From a virus: a stretch of 64,000 nucleotides of DNA. Position numbers and translations under genes: made by a program. The notes under the pieces are model-generated. The model had not been told where the DNA came from. It did no database searches and saw only the letters and a list, made by a program, of their open reading frames with translations. The DNA is taken from the IMG/VR virus record IMGVR_UViG_3300045988_184160, positions 107,260-171,259 of that record. One strand, written 5' to 3'. Shown here one piece after another: positions 1 to 10,525 of the stretch; positions within the stretch are counted from its first letter, which is position 1; each line of letters starts with the position of its first letter.

Positions 1-2
1 TA

Positions 3-971
3 GCCGCTGGAACTAGTGGCGCGGGTAAGTTCATTGACACTAAACTGGGCAGGAAAGCTATCTCATATGGTGTTGACAAGGGCGGTACCGCCACATTCCG
101 GGTGTGGCAGTCTGCGGTTATTATCCTGACTGTGGGTCTAGTGGTGATTGAGGGTTTCCTTTACCACTCTCTACTGTCCAACAATAGAGCGAAAACAGTA
201 GCGGGCGCGTACACGGCACTCTACTTGGGTAAGAATAAAGGCAACGAGCTGCAGAAAACACTATCAGGTGACGACGGGGACAAGAAAAAAGACGACCAGC
301 AAGATAAGAAAGACGACAATGGAGGCGGGGCAGGTGGAACCGCACCAGTGAAAGGTGACACCAGCGTCCCAGAAGGCATAGATGAGGGCGACTGGAACAA
401 AGCATCAGACCTGCAGAAGCAGATAGCTAAAACCGCTTACGTTGCCGCGACCATGAAATTCCCGAAAGCAGGTAACCCCAGTGACGCTAACCCCGCTGGC
501 GGGTTGAGGTACGAGCAGGGCAACACCCCCATCGGTGTTTATGACTGCTCCACCTTCGTGTCCGGTGTGCTTGAAGCAAACGGGCTCCGTAGCGACGGGG
601 GGAAACGTGACGGTGAACCATACAATTTTGAGACCATGAAAAAAGCTGACCTCGTGAACTACGAGTTCACTGGTGCGGAGCTCACATCCTGGGAGCGCGG
701 TAACGGTTTCACTGGCACTTTCAACGGTGACACATCCGGTATGACACCGGGTGACATTATTGTGGACTCTGAGCACGTCGCAATATATGTTGGGAAAAAC
801 AAGGCAGGTAAAGGCGTTTTCGCGCACGCCTCAAGCCCAGGTAACCACTACATTTTTTGGGATGCGGACAGTAAAAACGCGACATATGATGTTGGGTTAA
901 ATGATGCCGCAGCTATGGCAACGTTCATGAGCGGAGCAAAAATAATGCACCCCGATAAATATTACAATTGA
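3..971 (+). CDS. T4SS-associated cell-wall hydrolase with C-terminal NlpC/P60 domain (5' partial; frame open to left window edge)
   Basis: Frame 3 has no stop from nt 3. TM helix AVIILTVGLVVIEGF, a G/D/K-rich linker, then NlpC/P60 signatures VYDCSTFVSGVL (Cys) and GDIIVDSEHVAIYVG (His). Confidence 0.8.
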   Translation, partial: AAGTSGAGKFIDTKLGRKAISYGVDKGGTATFRVWQSAVIILTVGLVVIEGFLYHSLLSNNRAKTVAGAYTALYLGKNKGNELQKTLSGDDGDKKKDDQQDKKDDNGGGAGGTAPVKGDTSVPEGIDEGDWNKASDLQKQIAKTAYVAATMKFPKAGNPSDANPAGGLRYEQGNTPIGVYDCSTFVSGVLEANGLRSDGGKRDGEPYNFETMKKADLVNYEFTGAELTSWERGNGFTGTFNGDTSGMTPGDIIVDSEHVAIYVGKNKAGKGVFAHASSPGNHYIFWDADSKNATYDVGLNDAAAMATFMSGAKIMHPDKYYN

Positions 972-1145
972 CTTCCTCTACCCCATAAAAATGGAGCAGA
1001 TTCCTACCAGTCACTACAACCAAACTAGGCTGTGGTGACTTTCGGCGGGTGAACAGCATCAACAATAACAGCGTTTGCTAGCAAACGTCTTACATTATCT
1101 CCGCAGTGTTCGTTTAGACTCTCGGCAAGACCTGCCGCGAGCATG
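967..1145 (-). ncRNA. predicted omega-RNA / right-end region of tnpB copy 1
   Basis: About 92 percent nucleotide identity (hand alignment) to 63745-63865 over the last ~120 nt of the gene. Patchy identity continues ~60-85 nt past the stop, and upstream gene body diverges. Confidence 0.3.
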
Positions 1146-2256
1146 ATGTTGACTGCCGCGTTCCGGTCTCTATCCACGCGGGAGCGGCAGCTGGTGCAGA
1201 CCCATTCACGGATGTTCAACGGTTTCCTGCCGTTGGGTGCCCCGCAGATTGAGCAGGTTTGGGTGGTGGGTGCGAACCTGTCCACACGGATGAGGGTCCT
1301 ACCATAATCGGTGGCTTTCTCTGCGATCAAACGGGTCAGGTGCCCCCAGCTAGCATCCAGTATACTCTTACCCAACCTTGTTTTGGCTAGACCCCTGATT
1401 GTGAGGGTTTCCAGGGCGATGACTTGGTTTTCGTTAACAACCTGGTTAGCCACATGATGTAAGTAATGGGCGCGGGTGTTCCGGGTTTTCGTGTGGGCTT
1501 TAGCTACCCTGAGCCGTTGCTTGGTGTAACGGTTGCTGCCTTTTTTCTTTCGTGAGAGTTGTTTCTGTAACCGGGATAGTTTCTTCTCTGCTTGTTTCAG
1601 GGGTCTAATGTTAGGGAAGACGGTACTTTCTCCGTTACTGTTCACCGTGATAGCCAAGTCTTTTAGCCCCATGTCCACACCCACAGCATAGGCGGTTGGT
1701 TCCGGCGCTGGGGTGGGGGTGGTTTCGACAACGAAAGACACATAATACTTGCCGTCCGCTTCCTGGATCAGGGTCACGGAGGTTGGGGGTGAGGGCAGTC
1801 CACGGGAGAGGCTGAACCGGATTTCACCGATCTTGGGTAGTTTCACGAAACCCACCCCGTGGCTGGTTTCCCTGACTTTGAACGCTTTGGATGTGAACCT
1901 AGCGGCTTGCCGGTTTGAGCGTCGCCTGAACCGTGGGGCACCAACCCTGGCCCTCTGCGTTTACCCGTGACGGAGGCGAAAAAATTAGTGTACGCCCTAT
2001 CCAAGTCCCGTAAGGACTGCTGTAAGGGTACAGCAGGGACGTCTCGCAGCCACGTTTTCCCTGGGGTGCGTTTCAGGCGGGTGAGCCTAGCGGAAAGCTC
2101 CCCACTGGAGGGCTTCCTCCCAGTTTCCTTATACTGCTCCACCGAGTACGCAAGAGCATCATTAAAAACCACACGCACACACCCGAACAGGGCAGCAACC
2201 AACTGCTTCTGCCCTTTCCGGGGGTAGGCGCGGTAACGATAACGCTTGAGACTCAT
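1025..2256 (-). pseudogene. tnpB: TnpB (IS605 OrfB-type RNA-guided nuclease) interrupted by one frameshift
   Basis: ORFs 1843..2346 and 1025..1855 together give a full TnpB: MSLKRYRYRAYPRKGQKQL, RuvC-I AVGVDMGL, RuvC-II IALETLTIRG, zinc finger CSICG/CTSC, RuvC-III DRDRNAAVNI. A 1-nt shift near 1948-1953 (GGCCC) restores GAPRFRRRSNRQAARFT...GFVKLPKIG. Confidence 0.85.
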
Positions 2257-2332
2257 GGCAACTATTATATACTGGGTGTCATGGGTAATACCACTAATAT
2301 AATGTAAAGCCCCAGGTTTACCCCTAGTTAGT

Positions 2333-2368
2333 TGATTCAGATCCACCCTAAAGAGTGGAGATGAATCA
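2333..2368. repeat. imperfect palindrome, candidate subterminal hairpin of the tnpB element
   Basis: TGATTCAGATCCAC ... GTGGAGATGAATCA; 14-nt arms with 2 central mismatches. Confidence 0.3.
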
Positions 2369-2425
2369 GGGAACTAGATAAAAAATACCCCGCAGAATTA
2401 GTGAAGAACGGAGGGACGCGAATAA

Positions 2426-3793
2426 TTGGCTCTCGGATCAACGATTAACGCAACCCCAGATGTTACCCACCAGGACATAGTATCCGCCCTGCGTCCCACC
2501 GCCATGACCACTAACCAGTGGATGATCGACACCCCACGCGGGCATGGTGGGCGTCGCGGGCTGTATAAGCGTAATCTCCTGTGGACTGCTGGCGGGTTCA
2601 TGGCTTTCATGCTCGTGTTCTTCATCATTTTCGGTGCGGGGGGTATCATCCCAGCCCTACAATTCTTGGTTTTTGCGGGGTTCCCCCTGTCCCTTTTCGT
2701 GCGTTTCTTCGTGTTCAAAGAACATCAGAGGCGTAAAGAGCTGAGATATCAGGATGAGTACGATTTGGAGATTGACCCCTCAGACTTTTTCACGCTCACA
2801 ACCATCACCCCAGAGGGTGTCGGGTTCTACTCGGACAATAGTGCCGCTGTGATCCTCAAAGCAGACCGTAAACCTTCACTGGGGATGACGTTCGAAACAG
2901 CTTTTAATCAGAGGATGTTCATGCAGCACCTTCTGAACTCTTGGCATCAGCAGTCCGGTATCCAGTTCACCCACTACACTGTGAATCTTCCTAGTTCTTC
3001 TGTGGACCCGAGGTTCACGAAAATGTGGAATTTCATTTCTGATCAGAAAGACACGGGGGCTCGTAAACTAGTGCGGGCAATGATTGACCAAGTGTATGAG
3101 GACGGGCAAACATATGTGTCCAGTATCGACTACTTCCTCATCATTAAACGCCCTAGCCGGAGCATGTCTGATTTTATGGGCTATGTCAGTAGCCTACGTT
3201 CACATATCATCGACTCCCGCTCACCATACAGGTCATGCACCTACCTGGACTATGCGGGGTGGGAAGAGTTTGCGCAGCATATTACTGGTATTGAGAACTT
3301 TGATCTGCGTGAGATGATTGAGAAATCTCACCAGTCTGAGGAAGACCCGTTCAGGGTTCTTTGGGTTGAAGACCGTGAGGGTAACATTATCGCGTCTTAT
3401 AACGATGTGGATAACGAGGATGACACTGAATATGGTGGCGACGATAGTGCTTATGTGGAGCCAGTATTTGAGGAGCCTGAGAGTGGGAGCCTGTCATTAT
3501 CTAAACTAGTCGCAAACGAGAGTGCTAGTGGTGGTGGTTTCGGGTTGGGAGTCCCCGCCTCTGCAGCTGTCGCTACTGAATCTGATACGGAAGAACCAGT
3601 AGCTTCATCTACCCCCCGCTCAGGTGGCTTCGGGTTATCTCTAACCAAAACAGGTGGCACCCTCTCAAACACTAATCAGGGCGGGCGCACAAATACTGCA
3701 CCTGCAGCCCAGAAAAAACTTCCCACACCACGCCCTGCCCCCAAGAAAACTACGCCCGCGCGCCCTCAAAGAAGAACAATCACCCGACGATAG
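2426..3793 (+). CDS. T4SS operon membrane protein, function unknown
   Basis: Two TM helices near the N-terminus and a G/S/T/P-rich basic tail. Collinear with the T4SS genes. Start uncertain (TTG 2426 or ATG 2504). Confidence 0.6.
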   Translation: MALGSTINATPDVTHQDIVSALRPTAMTTNQWMIDTPRGHGGRRGLYKRNLLWTAGGFMAFMLVFFIIFGAGGIIPALQFLVFAGFPLSLFVRFFVFKEHQRRKELRYQDEYDLEIDPSDFFTLTTITPEGVGFYSDNSAAVILKADRKPSLGMTFETAFNQRMFMQHLLNSWHQQSGIQFTHYTVNLPSSSVDPRFTKMWNFISDQKDTGARKLVRAMIDQVYEDGQTYVSSIDYFLIIKRPSRSMSDFMGYVSSLRSHIIDSRSPYRSCTYLDYAGWEEFAQHITGIENFDLREMIEKSHQSEEDPFRVLWVEDREGNIIASYNDVDNEDDTEYGGDDSAYVEPVFEEPESGSLSLSKLVANESASGGGFGLGVPASAAVATESDTEEPVASSTPRSGGFGLSLTKTGGTLSNTNQGGRTNTAPAAQKKLPTPRPAPKKTTPARPQRRTITRR

Positions 3794-3954
3794 ACAGAAT
3801 ACATGGGGCGAGCGCATATAAAACACTCCGCAGTTTCTCTTACGCATATAAAAAACAATCCAGCACGGGTTGAAATTCGGTTTTCCATAACAAAAAATCG
3901 GGTAGAATTTTTATAGATAAAACCTGAAACCCGCAGAACCTAAGAGGTGGCGTA

Positions 3955-5949
3955 TTGGCTAAGAAAAACAAAAAAGTAGCTCTCATTATCCCTAAAATAT
4001 ATATAGGCATGATGGGACTCACTACACATGGGGAGCATAAAAACAATGCGGGAGATATCGTAACCCCGTACCCCAGTATCCAAGATTTCCTAGAGCAAAT
4101 GGACTCTTACGAGATTCAATATTCTAGGGTTATCATTAGTGAATACGGCGGGTTGCTACTAGAGTTTCCCCAAGCATTAATAAAGAAAGAAGGGTGGCCT
4201 TTCAGTAAATATATTGGCACCCTACTGTCTGGAAACTCGACTCGTGTCACGTTATCGCTCACAAATTACTATGAGCATAGGAAAGCCGAGAGAGGCGGCA
4301 AAGAAGGCCCGTTTGTTACCTCAGAACAGTACGATGATGTTGATGATGCCGATTTTTCAAACCCAGAATATGAGGGTCTAACAGAAGACGAAATACGTTA
4401 CCTGAAACAGGAGGATGAGCTCAGGTTCATCCGAGAAGCCTATAAGGAACGGGACGAACGGTACCAGCTGCTATCTGAGTACTATGAAGGATACGTAAAC
4501 CCTCTCAAAGAAACCGGTTTTACTGTTGAGACAGTGTACGTCCCCGCTAACCCTGTAACCTATGAAAAGCTACCTGATGGGATGGGTAATGAAGATGAGT
4601 ACCCTGCGCTCCCCGATATTTCATCGAACATTTGGGAGTATATAGGGGAGCTTTCTAACGACCCTAATATGCTCGCGAGTACATACTGGTTCGTCCCAGA
4701 AGGGCAAGAGCTAGGTCCAACTGAGGTGAAGGAATATCTTCCCTCCGCTCCATTCCATGAGCTGGCGAATAAGGTTTCTGACGATAATGTTGAGGTCAGT
4801 GAGTATCATCAGATGACCCCACGTGAGTATGATCTGTTTCATTTCTTCGAGGGGATGCGTCGCAGGTTTGATACTACCCAGGGTGATGTTACCCATGATT
4901 ATGATGATGTTTATGAGCATGAGGACACTGGGGAATGGTCAGCGACCGATGTGCAGGCAGGCTTAGGTGATGACTACGCAGAAGGTTATGTGCAGCCTAT
5001 GGAGGAAGCCCCAGCACCCGTTAGTGCTCCGACCCATGACACGTTAGGTTACTCGACCCCAGTGGAAGAACCACCTGCTGAGGAACCAGTCACAGAAGAA
5101 GCATGGGAACCTGCCCAAGTTGAATGGGTAAAACAAGAAGCACCAGACAGCCAGTACGATGATGACACTTCACTAGGGTTACCAGTAGCAGACAACACCA
5201 GTGAAGCGATCATGCTCACCCCTATCCCTGTGGAAGACAACCACCAGGAAGTGTGGGATAGCGCCCCATCATATGAACACCCCGTGCAGCAGGACTGGGG
5301 TGCCACCGCATATGATGACCCCGCACCCGCTACCGTAGCTCCTAAACGTGGACTACTGATCCTAGCAGGCGCACCAACCGCGTCGCTTGCTGACGAGATT
5401 TTCGGGACAATCCCCGATGACGGCTCGAAAGCGTGTGTAGTGAACCTTACTGGGCAGACCTACGGTGTTTCTGGCTCCGTGGAAAACCCAGCCGCCCTAC
5501 TACGTGACGGGCACAGGCTCTCAGCTGGTGAGCGACCGTACACGGATCAGGGGATCGACTGGTACGCCCCGACACTGACTCACCCGTACAGCAGTGTGGC
5601 GGGTGAAACTAAGGCGCTTGGGGATAAGCTGCAGAGGCTACTCTTGGAGTATGACCTTATTGTGGTTGAGTGCGCCTCCCCGTCGGTTCTTGAGATCATC
5701 CCCGCTGGTGTGCCTTACGAGTTGAGGTATGTTTTCGGTGACAACCCCGAAAGCCTGTACCATTTCTTCGCTTACACGTCACTGATCCCCAAGGCTGTGC
5801 AGGGCACCGTGTACGAGAAGCTGCAGGTCACCCTACCCCCGCTCACGGATAATGTTACTGGTGAACCAACCGTGCTGGGGGATGACCTTGAGAAACACAA
5901 GAGGACGTACATCCCCTTCACCTACAACTGGCTCAGTAAGGTAGGGTGA
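3955..5949 (+). CDS. acidic T4SS operon protein, function unknown
   Basis: 664-aa ORF with a TTG start 5 nt after SD AAGAGGTGG and a very acidic central region. Confidence 0.6.
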   Translation: MAKKNKKVALIIPKIYIGMMGLTTHGEHKNNAGDIVTPYPSIQDFLEQMDSYEIQYSRVIISEYGGLLLEFPQALIKKEGWPFSKYIGTLLSGNSTRVTLSLTNYYEHRKAERGGKEGPFVTSEQYDDVDDADFSNPEYEGLTEDEIRYLKQEDELRFIREAYKERDERYQLLSEYYEGYVNPLKETGFTVETVYVPANPVTYEKLPDGMGNEDEYPALPDISSNIWEYIGELSNDPNMLASTYWFVPEGQELGPTEVKEYLPSAPFHELANKVSDDNVEVSEYHQMTPREYDLFHFFEGMRRRFDTTQGDVTHDYDDVYEHEDTGEWSATDVQAGLGDDYAEGYVQPMEEAPAPVSAPTHDTLGYSTPVEEPPAEEPVTEEAWEPAQVEWVKQEAPDSQYDDDTSLGLPVADNTSEAIMLTPIPVEDNHQEVWDSAPSYEHPVQQDWGATAYDDPAPATVAPKRGLLILAGAPTASLADEIFGTIPDDGSKACVVNLTGQTYGVSGSVENPAALLRDGHRLSAGERPYTDQGIDWYAPTLTHPYSSVAGETKALGDKLQRLLLEYDLIVVECASPSVLEIIPAGVPYELRYVFGDNPESLYHFFAYTSLIPKAVQGTVYEKLQVTLPPLTDNVTGEPTVLGDDLEKHKRTYIPFTYNWLSKVG

Positions 5950-5956
5950 AAACGGT

Positions 5957-7213
5957 TTGATTCACCTGGTTGCGGCGCTCCCGTTCATGCTCCCCATAAA
6001 GGGGCTTGCGCAGGCTAAGAATATTACCCTGCAAACGTCGCTTGTCACCGCCCTACGCAGTATGCGGGACGGAGATAAGCTGGTGTATGTGTCCTCGAAA
6101 GACACACCCTATGAGGCGTTAACCGCGTACTTCGAGTACGGGCAACCCAGTGGGCATGTTTTCTTGGACAAGGAAAAGAGCGCTGGGGCTGCTGACTTGC
6201 TTGTTGCTTGCGCTATCAGTGGGGACGGTTGGGGAGACGTTTCTGTGCTCCCGACTGACCCCGCTGATCTGGATGACTTCTTGGAGGCTTGGAAGCCGCG
6301 TCCCGCCACCCATAGGACTCTGCGGAAGCTAGTGGATAACCCGCGTGAGGGTCTGACAGGCGCGGATATGCTCGCCATTTCTAGGGAAGCGGAGGTTCTG
6401 ATGTCTCAAAGTGAAAACGTTTTCGAGTTCCACGGAAAAATTAAGCTCCTCGTAGAAGAAGCCATAGAAAAAAATAATGAGCTGAAACGAGAAAACCTGA
6501 AACACAAATCAGAAATCCAGAAACTAGGGCAAGGGCAAATAGTGGTGAGGGAAATACCGTCATCCACGAACATCCGTGGAGTGTACGACCCTATCCCCTA
6601 TAAAGACCCGAGGCACACCCTGCTAGTCAAAAAAATAGGTGACGCCCCGAAAATCGTTTCGTTCTTCCTAGCATTCAGGGAATGGTTGAGCCGGAAAAAC
6701 CTCAACGCGAAGCTCGTCATATTCTACGATGGGACAGTGTACAAGTCTGACAGGTACCGGAGGATCGGTGGTTTAGCTGGTATCCAAGCTGCAGCGACCA
6801 ATGACAACATCACATCCCCCAAAGTGTATGAGAAACCGGTTATCACCACCCCAGACGGTAGTAGGAGTGTGATGGAAGGTGTTCTAGCGGAGGAAGGCAC
6901 CGACCTGCTGATCGTGTTGGACGTGAACGCCGCATCCTCATGGGAGCACATCTTCCAGATCACCGGTTCATCAATTGAGACGCAGCTTCTATTCGCTGTG
7001 GGGTCAACCCAAGACGCTGAATACCTCATGGGGCAAGGAGTGGGGCCTGACGAGATAGTCTGCTCCCCAGGGTGCGCTGTGGACGGCTCCATCGTTGAGA
7101 TACCGTTCCTCACCCAAGTACCTAAAGACCCAGCAGCCCGCATGAACTTCCTCGTCACACAGTACGAGGGGGAGTTCAGGAACCTAGAAAAATTTTCCCG
7201 TGGAGGATGGTAA
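5957..7213 (+). CDS. T4SS operon protein, function unknown
   Basis: 418-aa ORF with a TTG start 8 nt after the previous stop and a central coiled-coil segment. Confidence 0.6.
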   Translation: MIHLVAALPFMLPIKGLAQAKNITLQTSLVTALRSMRDGDKLVYVSSKDTPYEALTAYFEYGQPSGHVFLDKEKSAGAADLLVACAISGDGWGDVSVLPTDPADLDDFLEAWKPRPATHRTLRKLVDNPREGLTGADMLAISREAEVLMSQSENVFEFHGKIKLLVEEAIEKNNELKRENLKHKSEIQKLGQGQIVVREIPSSTNIRGVYDPIPYKDPRHTLLVKKIGDAPKIVSFFLAFREWLSRKNLNAKLVIFYDGTVYKSDRYRRIGGLAGIQAAATNDNITSPKVYEKPVITTPDGSRSVMEGVLAEEGTDLLIVLDVNAASSWEHIFQITGSSIETQLLFAVGSTQDAEYLMGQGVGPDEIVCSPGCAVDGSIVEIPFLTQVPKDPAARMNFLVTQYEGEFRNLEKFSRGGW

Positions 7214-7216
7214 ATT

Positions 7217-9427
7217 TTGACAGTTGTTCACCAGGATAATGACAGCGACCAGAAGAAAGGGTTCTGGTACCGCGCCCTAGATGCCCTAACAGGGTACCCC
7301 GTGTGGGCGCGGGTAATCGCGGAACGGGATAAACGTAACCGGTCAGACGCCTACCCCAAAAGGCGTGTAGACATGTATGCCACCAGTGACAGGATCTACA
7401 TAGACACCGATAAGGTGATGTACATGTACACCATTGACGGGTACAGCAGGACCGTGCCCGTCCAGTGGAGGCATGACCTTATGCGCATCATCGAGGACGC
7501 CCCTGACATGAACATTAATTTTGAAGAGGTCATGGTCCGTGACGAGTACGATTATTCGACAGGTAAAAATAAGAGCTGGCTTTCCCATGTTAAACGGCAA
7601 GAAGGTAAGGTTAACGAAGGTGACCTGCATAAAACCCTGACCCCTGAAGAAGAAGAAGCGATCTCGAAAACTATGAGGCGCAGGGAAACCCTGCAGTACA
7701 TTCTTTACACCAAAAAGAATGGGCACCGGCTACTCGCCCCGAAGCTCGCGGTGAAAGTGTTCGGTAAACGCGGTCACGACTTTGATCGCCACATCAGCGA
7801 AATCGAAGAATACTTCGAAAACAATGGTATCCAAGCTAACCGAGTCACAGAAGACATCCAAGAATACTACGGATTCTTCAGCCCGTTCAGCACCGACTCC
7901 AACAGCACCCAAGCATTCTACAAAAAATTGGGACACCAGATGATGTCCGACGAACAAGTAGCGAACCTCTCATTCGACACAGGCGGCGGCATCATCGGAT
8001 CCGGCGACTTCCTGCTAGGCGCAGACGTGTTCACAGGAAACATGGTTCTGACCACCATGAAGAAAGACTCCCAAGAGCCAGAGAATACGTGCATCATGGC
8101 TACTACCGGTGGCGGTAAATCGTTCAAGTTCAAATTTCATCTTGTCCAGTTCTTAGCGCGAGATAATTATGTTGCGACCATTGCAGATATTGAGGGTGAC
8201 GAATACCTTCAACTGGCAACATACCTTGGGAAGACAGGTGTCTCTACCACTATTATCAAGATGGGTTTGGGTGGTGAAGATAACGATAATGTGCGCTACT
8301 ATGACCCGTGTGAAATCCACAGTTTCGTGGCTGATGTGGATGGTGAAGGCGACGAGAAGGGTATCAGTGGTTACACTAACTCTTACGACTCTGCACTGAA
8401 AATCATTCAGACCCTATGCTTCGGCACCAGCAAGCTAAACGAAGTGCAGAGGATTCTAACCGAAGAAATAGTTGGGCAAACATATCAGAGGCGCGGTGTT
8501 AACCCGTCAGATAAGAGCACTTGGGGGCGTTCTGCTGGTATGCGTTTGCATGACATGTACGACACGGCGGTATGGCTACGTAATATGGCTAAATCTGGTG
8601 ACCGGAACACCCTAGACGAATCGTCTACCCACATCATTGATGCTATCCGAGAGTTCAAAGCATACGCCCAGAATCTAGCCACTATTACTGTCTCACTATC
8701 TAGGTATTTCACCCCCCAGGGGTCTAGGGCACACATTTTCAAGAACCGTATCACCCTCGACGAGTTCATTGACGCTAAGCTCGTGATCAACAGTTTCGGG
8801 CTGCGGTTCCAAGCGCAAGGTACGGTAGACCCTGTGCTTATGGGTTTGGCGCAGCTGTATTCTTCGCAGATCACCTACCTGCGCACCCATTACGCTTTTT
8901 CTCGCGGGAAATACAGTGTCAACATGTTTGAGGAGTTCCAGCGCTCCATAGAAATTGATGGGCTGTACGAGCACCTGAAACAGATCCTTTCTGGTTCACG
9001 TAAAAATGGTGGGGTGAACTATGTGGCAACTAACGAGCCTCTGAAACTTTGCATAGAGAAACCTGATTTCTTTGAGAATATGCAGAGCTTCATTGTGGGT
9101 GGTATAGCATCTGACGCTGTTAAAGTTGTTGCCGAGAAGATTCGAGCATCAGCCTATGTTGATATTCTCAAAAAGATTGCGGAGGAAAATAAGGATAATG
9201 AGGAGGAGCAGAAGCAAGCGCATTATAATCCTCTTCAAGGTAGGGAAATAGCGGACTATAAGAATATATACGACAACCCTTATAAACATGCCTTCTTTAT
9301 TTTCAGGAAAAACGGTAGCCAAGTCGCCGTAACCCGCGCACCTGCCCCACCTGAAATTATTGACAATGATTTATTCTATACTGGTGTTAGGAAAGTTGAT
9401 GATAATGATAGGGTGGTGACCAGTTAG
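7217..9427 (+). CDS. VirB4/TcpF-like type IV secretion ATPase
   Basis: 736 aa with Walker A CIMATTGGGKSFKF. TTG start 9 nt after GGAGGA. Size and operon position match a VirB4-class ATPase. Confidence 0.75.
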   Translation: MTVVHQDNDSDQKKGFWYRALDALTGYPVWARVIAERDKRNRSDAYPKRRVDMYATSDRIYIDTDKVMYMYTIDGYSRTVPVQWRHDLMRIIEDAPDMNINFEEVMVRDEYDYSTGKNKSWLSHVKRQEGKVNEGDLHKTLTPEEEEAISKTMRRRETLQYILYTKKNGHRLLAPKLAVKVFGKRGHDFDRHISEIEEYFENNGIQANRVTEDIQEYYGFFSPFSTDSNSTQAFYKKLGHQMMSDEQVANLSFDTGGGIIGSGDFLLGADVFTGNMVLTTMKKDSQEPENTCIMATTGGGKSFKFKFHLVQFLARDNYVATIADIEGDEYLQLATYLGKTGVSTTIIKMGLGGEDNDNVRYYDPCEIHSFVADVDGEGDEKGISGYTNSYDSALKIIQTLCFGTSKLNEVQRILTEEIVGQTYQRRGVNPSDKSTWGRSAGMRLHDMYDTAVWLRNMAKSGDRNTLDESSTHIIDAIREFKAYAQNLATITVSLSRYFTPQGSRAHIFKNRITLDEFIDAKLVINSFGLRFQAQGTVDPVLMGLAQLYSSQITYLRTHYAFSRGKYSVNMFEEFQRSIEIDGLYEHLKQILSGSRKNGGVNYVATNEPLKLCIEKPDFFENMQSFIVGGIASDAVKVVAEKIRASAYVDILKKIAEENKDNEEEQKQAHYNPLQGREIADYKNIYDNPYKHAFFIFRKNGSQVAVTRAPAPPEIIDNDLFYTGVRKVDDNDRVVTS

Positions 9428-9428
9428 T

Positions 9429-10520
9429 TTGGCTGCTAATAATGATCGGATGAGACGTATGCCCCCTCCGAGGCGTAGTAGTGCCACGCGGGTGCAGGCT
9501 CAGCCCCGTGATAATTCTCGTGGGCGTGATTTGAGTCGTGGGCGGGAAGAGGAATCTGGGTTTAAGAAATTTATTAAATCTAAGCTTGTCATTGGTATAG
9601 CTATCGTTATTGCGGTGCTTGTTGCTTGGAACATGTTTTTCAAGAATACCCCGACCGTTGAGGAAGGTGAAGAGCCTACAGCTGCGGAGACCACCACTAA
9701 AGCTAAAACCATCAACGGTGGCACCGACACGAGTCTAGCGCAGATGCAGGACAGCCTCATCAAGCAGAACGGGCAGCCCCCGAAGGGTTTCGTGTGGGGC
9801 AAGGATAAGAAGCTTTGGTCTTTGGGTGTTGCTGATATGAGTGAGGATGACGCGGTAATAGGTTACCTACGTGCCCTGCAGCTGTTGGATATTAACCAGG
9901 CACAGCTTTTGAGTCATGACTCTAAGGTGCTGGAAACGTACCGTTCCCTCGTGGAGAATAAGAGCAAATCAGCAGATAACGACTACCAGCGGGCATCATA
10001 TATTGCTGCGATGCAGTCCATTGAGGTGAAGCAGATCCAGTCCTCCGCTGGGCAGGCTGATAATAAGAAAACCTACACTATTGATATTGAGATCGTGGAT
10101 TTCTCTGACACCTCATTTATTGAGGCTAAGAAACATGAGTGGTTTGAGAACCTTTACCGGAAAGAAGTTGTTGAGGGCAACAGCACCGGTGCAGACAATT
10201 ATGTTCAGGAAGAACTCACCAAATACTATGCCTCCCCAGAAGCTAAGAAGAAATCCGAAAAAATTTCCCTGTCCGTGGAGAAGCTAAAGGAAATCAACAG
10301 TGGTTGGCTGGTGCGTGGTGACGGTTCCCTGAACACCAAACTAAAAGACAGCAGCTCAAAATCCGGGTACCAGGGGACACTGAAACACGTCAAGGACCAG
10401 TACGTCTCCTACCGTAAAGACCGCACCGCGAAAGAACAGCAAGAGAAACGGGACGCCGAGAAAGCTGCTGCTGAGCAGAAGAAAAAAGAGGAGCAGGGTA
10501 AGAAGGACGGGGGTAAGTAG
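9429..10520 (+). CDS. membrane-anchored T4SS operon protein, function unknown
   Basis: Basic N-terminus, one TM helix (LVIGIAIVIAVLVAWNMFF) and a K/E-rich tail. Confidence 0.55.
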   Translation: MAANNDRMRRMPPPRRSSATRVQAQPRDNSRGRDLSRGREEESGFKKFIKSKLVIGIAIVIAVLVAWNMFFKNTPTVEEGEEPTAAETTTKAKTINGGTDTSLAQMQDSLIKQNGQPPKGFVWGKDKKLWSLGVADMSEDDAVIGYLRALQLLDINQAQLLSHDSKVLETYRSLVENKSKSADNDYQRASYIAAMQSIEVKQIQSSAGQADNKKTYTIDIEIVDFSDTSFIEAKKHEWFENLYRKEVVEGNSTGADNYVQEELTKYYASPEAKKKSEKISLSVEKLKEINSGWLVRGDGSLNTKLKDSSSKSGYQGTLKHVKDQYVSYRKDRTAKEQQEKRDAEKAAAEQKKKEEQGKKDGGK

Positions 10521-10525
10521 CTGAT

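Larger units (their letters stand above)
967..2400 (-). mobile_element. tnpB-only IS200/IS605-family (IS1341-like) element, copy 1; boundaries approximate
   Basis: tnpB pseudogene, a conserved block downstream of its stop that is shared with the copy at 63676-64000, and an imperfect palindrome at 2333-2368 on the upstream side. No tnpA. Confidence 0.5.
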
